64,000 bases of DNA, from positions 576,001-640,000 of the forward strand of contig CBDBLV010000004.1 in NCBI GenBank assembly GCA_965207225.1, read 5' to 3'. Position 1 is the first letter of the stretch. Each line of letters opens with the position of its first letter. The position numbers and the translations under genes were made by a program. The DNA is from Dehalococcoidia bacterium (GTDB taxonomy: Bacteria; Chloroflexota; Dehalococcoidia; Plut-88900). Shown piece after piece: positions 59,806 to 64,000 of this stretch. Under the pieces are notes generated by a model. That model saw only the letters and a list, made by a program, of their open reading frames with translations. It was not told the origin of the DNA and did not search any database.

Positions 59806-60870
59806 ATGAATAGCAAAGTAGAGATTTTGACGGCTGGAAGCTGGAACACGCGAAGAGTGGCGGACCATGCCAAACTCGTGGAGGAAGGAGGCTGGCACGG
59901 TATTGGGATTTTCGATTCCCAGAACCTGGGAGGGGATACCTACGTTTCAATGACACTGGCGGCCGCGGCGACTGAGCGGATAGAGCTTAGCACGGATGTT
60001 ACCAACCCCCTGTCCCGACACCCGGCGGTAACGGCGGGCGCCATTGCGAGCGTACAGGAGATATCGGGGGGCAGGGCGGTGCTGGGCATCGGGCGAGGGG
60101 ACTCGGCGCTGGCGTATGTAGGGCATGCGCCCGTCTATGCAAACTTCTTTGAGAATTACCTGAAGGCGCTGCAGTCGTACCTAAGTGGAGGTAGCGTAGC
60201 TTTCGATGAACTGACCCACTGGCGAGGCATGGCGCCCCATGTAGACACTCTGAAGCTGGCGGACACCCCGGATGACAGCCGACTCGTGTGGCTTGACCCC
60301 AACGACAAGAAGGTTCCCGTGGCCGTCGCAGCGAGCGGGCCAAGGGTGATCGGCGCGGCGGCGAGGCACGCCGACATTATCATGTTTGCCTTGGGCGCAG
60401 ACATGGGAAGGCTCAAGTGGGGATTGGAGCAAGCCCGGGCGGCGCGTCGGGAGGCGGGCCTGGACCCGGACGGAATCCGATACGGAGCGTATCTCAACAT
60501 TGTTTGCCATCCCCAGATGGAGGTGGCCCGGGAGCTGATCACCTTCCTGGATACCTTCGTGCGGTTCTCAGTGATGCACGGAAAGACGTACGGGCCCGTT
60601 ACCCGGCAAGAGCAAGAAGTGCTGTCGGGCGTCCACAAGGCCTTCAATATGCGGGACCACAGCGACTCAGGGGTCCCGCCGGCGGAGTTCGTAGACAAAT
60701 TCGCTATTGTCGGGCCACCGGAAACTTGCATCAGACGAATCCAGGATGTCATCAGCCTGGGGATAGACAGGATCGTAGTGCTGGGGCCTACGGTGGATGA
60801 GAACACCGGAGACAAGAAACTGGCTGCAGACCTGATCGTCAGCGAAGTGCTGCCGGCTTTTTCGGGATAG
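59806..60870 (+). CDS. LLM class (Mer-like, possibly F420-dependent) oxidoreductase
   Basis: DSQN, VTNPLSRHP, LGIGRGDSA, AASGPR. Confidence 0.92.
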   Translation: MNSKVEILTAGSWNTRRVADHAKLVEEGGWHGIGIFDSQNLGGDTYVSMTLAAAATERIELSTDVTNPLSRHPAVTAGAIASVQEISGGRAVLGIGRGDSALAYVGHAPVYANFFENYLKALQSYLSGGSVAFDELTHWRGMAPHVDTLKLADTPDDSRLVWLDPNDKKVPVAVAASGPRVIGAAARHADIIMFALGADMGRLKWGLEQARAARREAGLDPDGIRYGAYLNIVCHPQMEVARELITFLDTFVRFSVMHGKTYGPVTRQEQEVLSGVHKAFNMRDHSDSGVPPAEFVDKFAIVGPPETCIRRIQDVISLGIDRIVVLGPTVDENTGDKKLAADLIVSEVLPAFSG

Positions 60871-61071
60871 GTAGTCGTACCGGACTTTTGACTGAGTGCC
60901 GGGCCCAGGAAAGTGCTGAACAAAACATTGTTCTCAACCAAAGGCAGTCCACGCTGTTCAACCGCCCATATTCAGGTGTTGGCTCGGGCCCCGGGCCTAC
61001 GAAAAAGAAGGCACCGCGTCGATGGTTGGACTCCGGATCAGGTCAGTGTTGTGGGCTAGAATCGGGGTGAA

Positions 61072-62136
61072 ATGAGCAGCAAAGTGGAATTGCTAGCGCC
61101 CGTCGAACCAAGCATCCGGTGGGTTGCAGAGTACGCAAAAAGGGTAGAGGACGCGGGCTGGGACGGAGTCTCCATCTACGACTCCCAGAACATGACCGCC
61201 GACACCTTTGTGGCGATGACTCTGGCGGCGATGGCGACGGAGCGAATCGAAATCAGTACGGATGTAACCAACCCTCTAACGCGGCACCCTGTAGTTGCCG
61301 CGGGCGCGATTGCGAGCTTGCAGCAAGTGTCGGGTGGGAGGGCGGTGCTTGGGATTGGGAGGGGAGACTCGGCGCTGGCACACGTCGGGCATGCGCCGGT
61401 ATATACGAGTTTCTTCGAGAACTACCTGAAAGCGCTGCAAGCATACCTGAGTGGGGGATGCGTGGCATTCGACGAGCTAACGTTCGGCCGGTGGATGGCG
61501 CCCCACGTGGATACTCTGAAACTGGCAGAAGCGCCACGGGACAGCCGGCTGACATGGCTCGATCTCGGCGACAAGAAGGCGCCTGTGGCTGTTGCGGCCT
61601 CGGGGCCACGGGTGATTGGGGCGGCGGCGCGACAAGCCGACATAGTGATGCTTGCCCTGGGGGCGGATATCGACAGGTTGAAGTGGGGCCTGGAACAAGC
61701 GCGGAAGGCCAGAAGCGACGCGGGGCTGGACCCCGATGGGGTGAGATTCGGGGCTTACGTGAACGTCGTCTGCCATCCGGATGTGCAGGCCGCCCGAGAA
61801 ATTATCTTCTTCCTGGACGGTTTTATGCGGTTCTCCGTTATGCATGGCAAGACGTATGGACCAATGAGACAGGATGACCGGGAGGTGCTTTCGAAGATAC
61901 CGACGGTATATAACGTGAGCAAACACGCCATGACAGGGTCCCTTCCGGCGGAGTTTGTGGACCGGTACGCGATAGTCGGGCGTCCGGAGGAGTGCATAAG
62001 GCGGCTTCGACAGATCATTGACCTGGGGATAGACCGGATTCTTGTGTTCGGCCCTACGGTGGATGAAGTTGAGGGAGATAGAAAGGTGGCGGCAGACCTG
62101 ATGGTGAAGAAAGTGCTCCCGGCTTTTGGGAAATAG
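61072..62136 (+). CDS. LLM class (Mer-like) oxidoreductase, tandem paralog
   Basis: Same motifs as 59806 gene. Confidence 0.92.
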   Translation: MSSKVELLAPVEPSIRWVAEYAKRVEDAGWDGVSIYDSQNMTADTFVAMTLAAMATERIEISTDVTNPLTRHPVVAAGAIASLQQVSGGRAVLGIGRGDSALAHVGHAPVYTSFFENYLKALQAYLSGGCVAFDELTFGRWMAPHVDTLKLAEAPRDSRLTWLDLGDKKAPVAVAASGPRVIGAAARQADIVMLALGADIDRLKWGLEQARKARSDAGLDPDGVRFGAYVNVVCHPDVQAAREIIFFLDGFMRFSVMHGKTYGPMRQDDREVLSKIPTVYNVSKHAMTGSLPAEFVDRYAIVGRPEECIRRLRQIIDLGIDRILVFGPTVDEVEGDRKVAADLMVKKVLPAFGK

Positions 62137-62237
62137 TTTGCTGGTGGAGGCTTCGCAACCACCCCTCCAGTAAGAGTGCCTACGAGAGTGCGAACGAGGG
62201 GATAGGGTGGGTATCATGGGGTACAATCCAGGGTGAT

Positions 62238-63305
62238 ATGAGCGACAAGATTGAACTTTGGACGATCGCGCTTCCGGATGTGCGCCTGATAATGGAACAT
62301 GCCCGGAAGGCAGAGGAGGCGGGGTGGGACGGCTTATCCATCGCCGATGTTCAAAGCGCCTCCGGTGACATGTACGTGGCGATGACGCTCGCGGCGATGG
62401 CGACGGAGCGGATCCTGATTGGCTCGGACGTTACGAACCCACTAACCCGGCACCCGGTGATCACGGCCGGGGCAATCGCCAGCGTGCAGCAAGTGTCGGG
62501 TGGGCGGGCGGTGCTGGGTATCGGGAGGGGAGACTCGGCGCTGGCGCACGTGGGGCGCGCGCCAGTCTACACGAAGATCTTCGAGAGCTACCTCAAGGCT
62601 TTACAGGCTTACCTGAGGGGCGACGGCGTACCTTTCGAAGAGCTCACCTTTGGCCGGGGGATGGCGCCGCACGTGGATACGCTGGAACTGGCAGAGGCTC
62701 CGGATGACAGCCGACTCACCTGGCTCGAACCCGAGGACAAGAAAGTGCCCGTAGCGGTTTCGGCCTCCGGGCCGAAGGTAATAGCAGCGGCGGCGCGACA
62801 TTCAGACGTAGTGATGTTCGCAGTGGGCGCCGACCTCGGGAGACTGGAGTGGGGAATGGAGCAGGTGCGAAAGGCGCGAGAGGAGTCGGGGCTGGAACCC
62901 GACGGAATCCGCTACGGTGTCTATCTCAGTGTGGCCTGCCATCCCGACATCGAAGCGGCCAGGAACCTCGTGCCCGAGCTGGCAGCGACGGCCCGCTTTT
63001 CAAACATGCACGGGAGGGCAAACGGGCCTGTGGCAGAGCAGGACCAAGAAGTGCTTACAAGGGTGCACCAGAGCTACGATGTACGCAACCACGGCGCGTC
63101 GCTCAAGCTGCCTGCGGAGTTCGTGGACCGGTATGCGATAGTCGGGGCTCCGGAGGAGTGTATAAGGCGGATTCGCCAAGTTGTTGATATGGGTTTTGAG
63201 AGGATAGTGGTGTTTGGTCCGACGGTGGATGCAGTCGACGGGGACAAGAAGCTGGCGGCAAACCTGATGGTGAAAGAGGTGCTGCCGGCTTTTGCGGGGT
63301 CATAG
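62238..63305 (+). CDS. LLM class (Mer-like) oxidoreductase, tandem paralog
   Basis: Same motifs as 59806 gene. Confidence 0.92.
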   Translation: MSDKIELWTIALPDVRLIMEHARKAEEAGWDGLSIADVQSASGDMYVAMTLAAMATERILIGSDVTNPLTRHPVITAGAIASVQQVSGGRAVLGIGRGDSALAHVGRAPVYTKIFESYLKALQAYLRGDGVPFEELTFGRGMAPHVDTLELAEAPDDSRLTWLEPEDKKVPVAVSASGPKVIAAAARHSDVVMFAVGADLGRLEWGMEQVRKAREESGLEPDGIRYGVYLSVACHPDIEAARNLVPELAATARFSNMHGRANGPVAEQDQEVLTRVHQSYDVRNHGASLKLPAEFVDRYAIVGAPEECIRRIRQVVDMGFERIVVFGPTVDAVDGDKKLAANLMVKEVLPAFAGS

Positions 63306-63321
63306 CCATGCCCGCGAAGGT

Positions 63322-64000
63322 ATGAAAGGCGTCTCCAGATACCGCATCCAGCATATCTCGCGCTACCGGTACTCGGCGCCGGTGCATAGCTCTGCGATGA
63401 CGCTGTGCTTCAAGCCTCGGGATGACGGCGGGCAGTCGGTCGTGGAATTCGATATCGAAACAGAGCCTGAGATTGGGCTTACACAGGAAACGGACTACTT
63501 CGGCAATACCAAGCACTACCTGATACTGCACAAGCCACACGAGTCGCTGGAAATAGTGTCTACGGCGACGGTTGATATGGCTGATCGGGAGTCGTTCCCC
63601 GATTCGGTGGGTGAGGAGACTTGGGAGGCGCTGCGGGGGTGGAGGAACTCGGTGGAGCACTGGGTGTACACGCACGAGAGCTCAATGGCACGACCATCCC
63701 CCCAGCTGGAAGCTTTCATATCGGGGCGGGGGTTGGAGGAGCCGAGCGGAGACCCATTAAATGCCTTGCAACGGCTGTCCAGCACGCTGCATGAGAGTTT
63801 CGAATATTTGCCGGGCAGCACCTCGGCGATATCACCGATCGAGGAGATCCTCCAGACGGGGAAGGGTGTGTGCCAGGACTATGCCCACGTGATGATAACC
63901 GTGGCTCGGGGGTGGGGGGTGCCGACGCGCTACGTTTCGGGGTACCTGTACGTTGAGGACGATGCGGGGAATCCCATACCTTCGGCTGCGGGACATGCGT
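63322..64000 (+). CDS. Transglutaminase family protein (3'-truncated; not in ORF track)
   Basis: Manual translation MKGVSRYRIQHISRYRYSAPV..GVCQDYAHVMI..GVPTRYVSGYL..HA. Confidence 0.88.
   Translation, partial: MKGVSRYRIQHISRYRYSAPVHSSAMTLCFKPRDDGGQSVVEFDIETEPEIGLTQETDYFGNTKHYLILHKPHESLEIVSTATVDMADRESFPDSVGEETWEALRGWRNSVEHWVYTHESSMARPSPQLEAFISGRGLEEPSGDPLNALQRLSSTLHESFEYLPGSTSAISPIEEILQTGKGVCQDYAHVMITVARGWGVPTRYVSGYLYVEDDAGNPIPSAAGHA

Overview
GC-rich bacterial chromosomal segment dominated by catabolic paralog expansions: 10 amidohydrolase_2 genes, 5 luciferase-like flavin monooxygenases (LLM), 2 Rieske oxygenase alpha subunits and 5 MFS transporters. It also carries acnA, a comM/yifB homologue, several toxin-antitoxin modules and an unlinked 5S rRNA. 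This gene content resembles SAR202/Dehalococcoidia (Chloroflexota), which is an inference, not a database result. Main observations: (1) two genes split by the ORF track are probably single selenoproteins with in-frame UGA (a BCP peroxiredoxin and a PrdB/GrdB-like protein with a clear SECIS-like hairpin). (2) Three non-coding cassettes of about 1.2-1.8 kb (near 12.9-14.0, 21.7-23.4 and 58.6-59.8 kb) each hold a sigma70-like promoter, a 430-460 nt hairpin-dense domain closed by a long-range terminal stem, and a CAATCAAA-repeat tail; I do not recognise this family. (3) A short repeat carries ~40-bp palindromes whose sequence differs between copies. (4) A GC-skew inversion near 15.3-17 kb, around which all these repeats are polarised. 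(5) A ParE/RelE-like toxin with no canonical start codon, and a DddP-like M24 enzyme.
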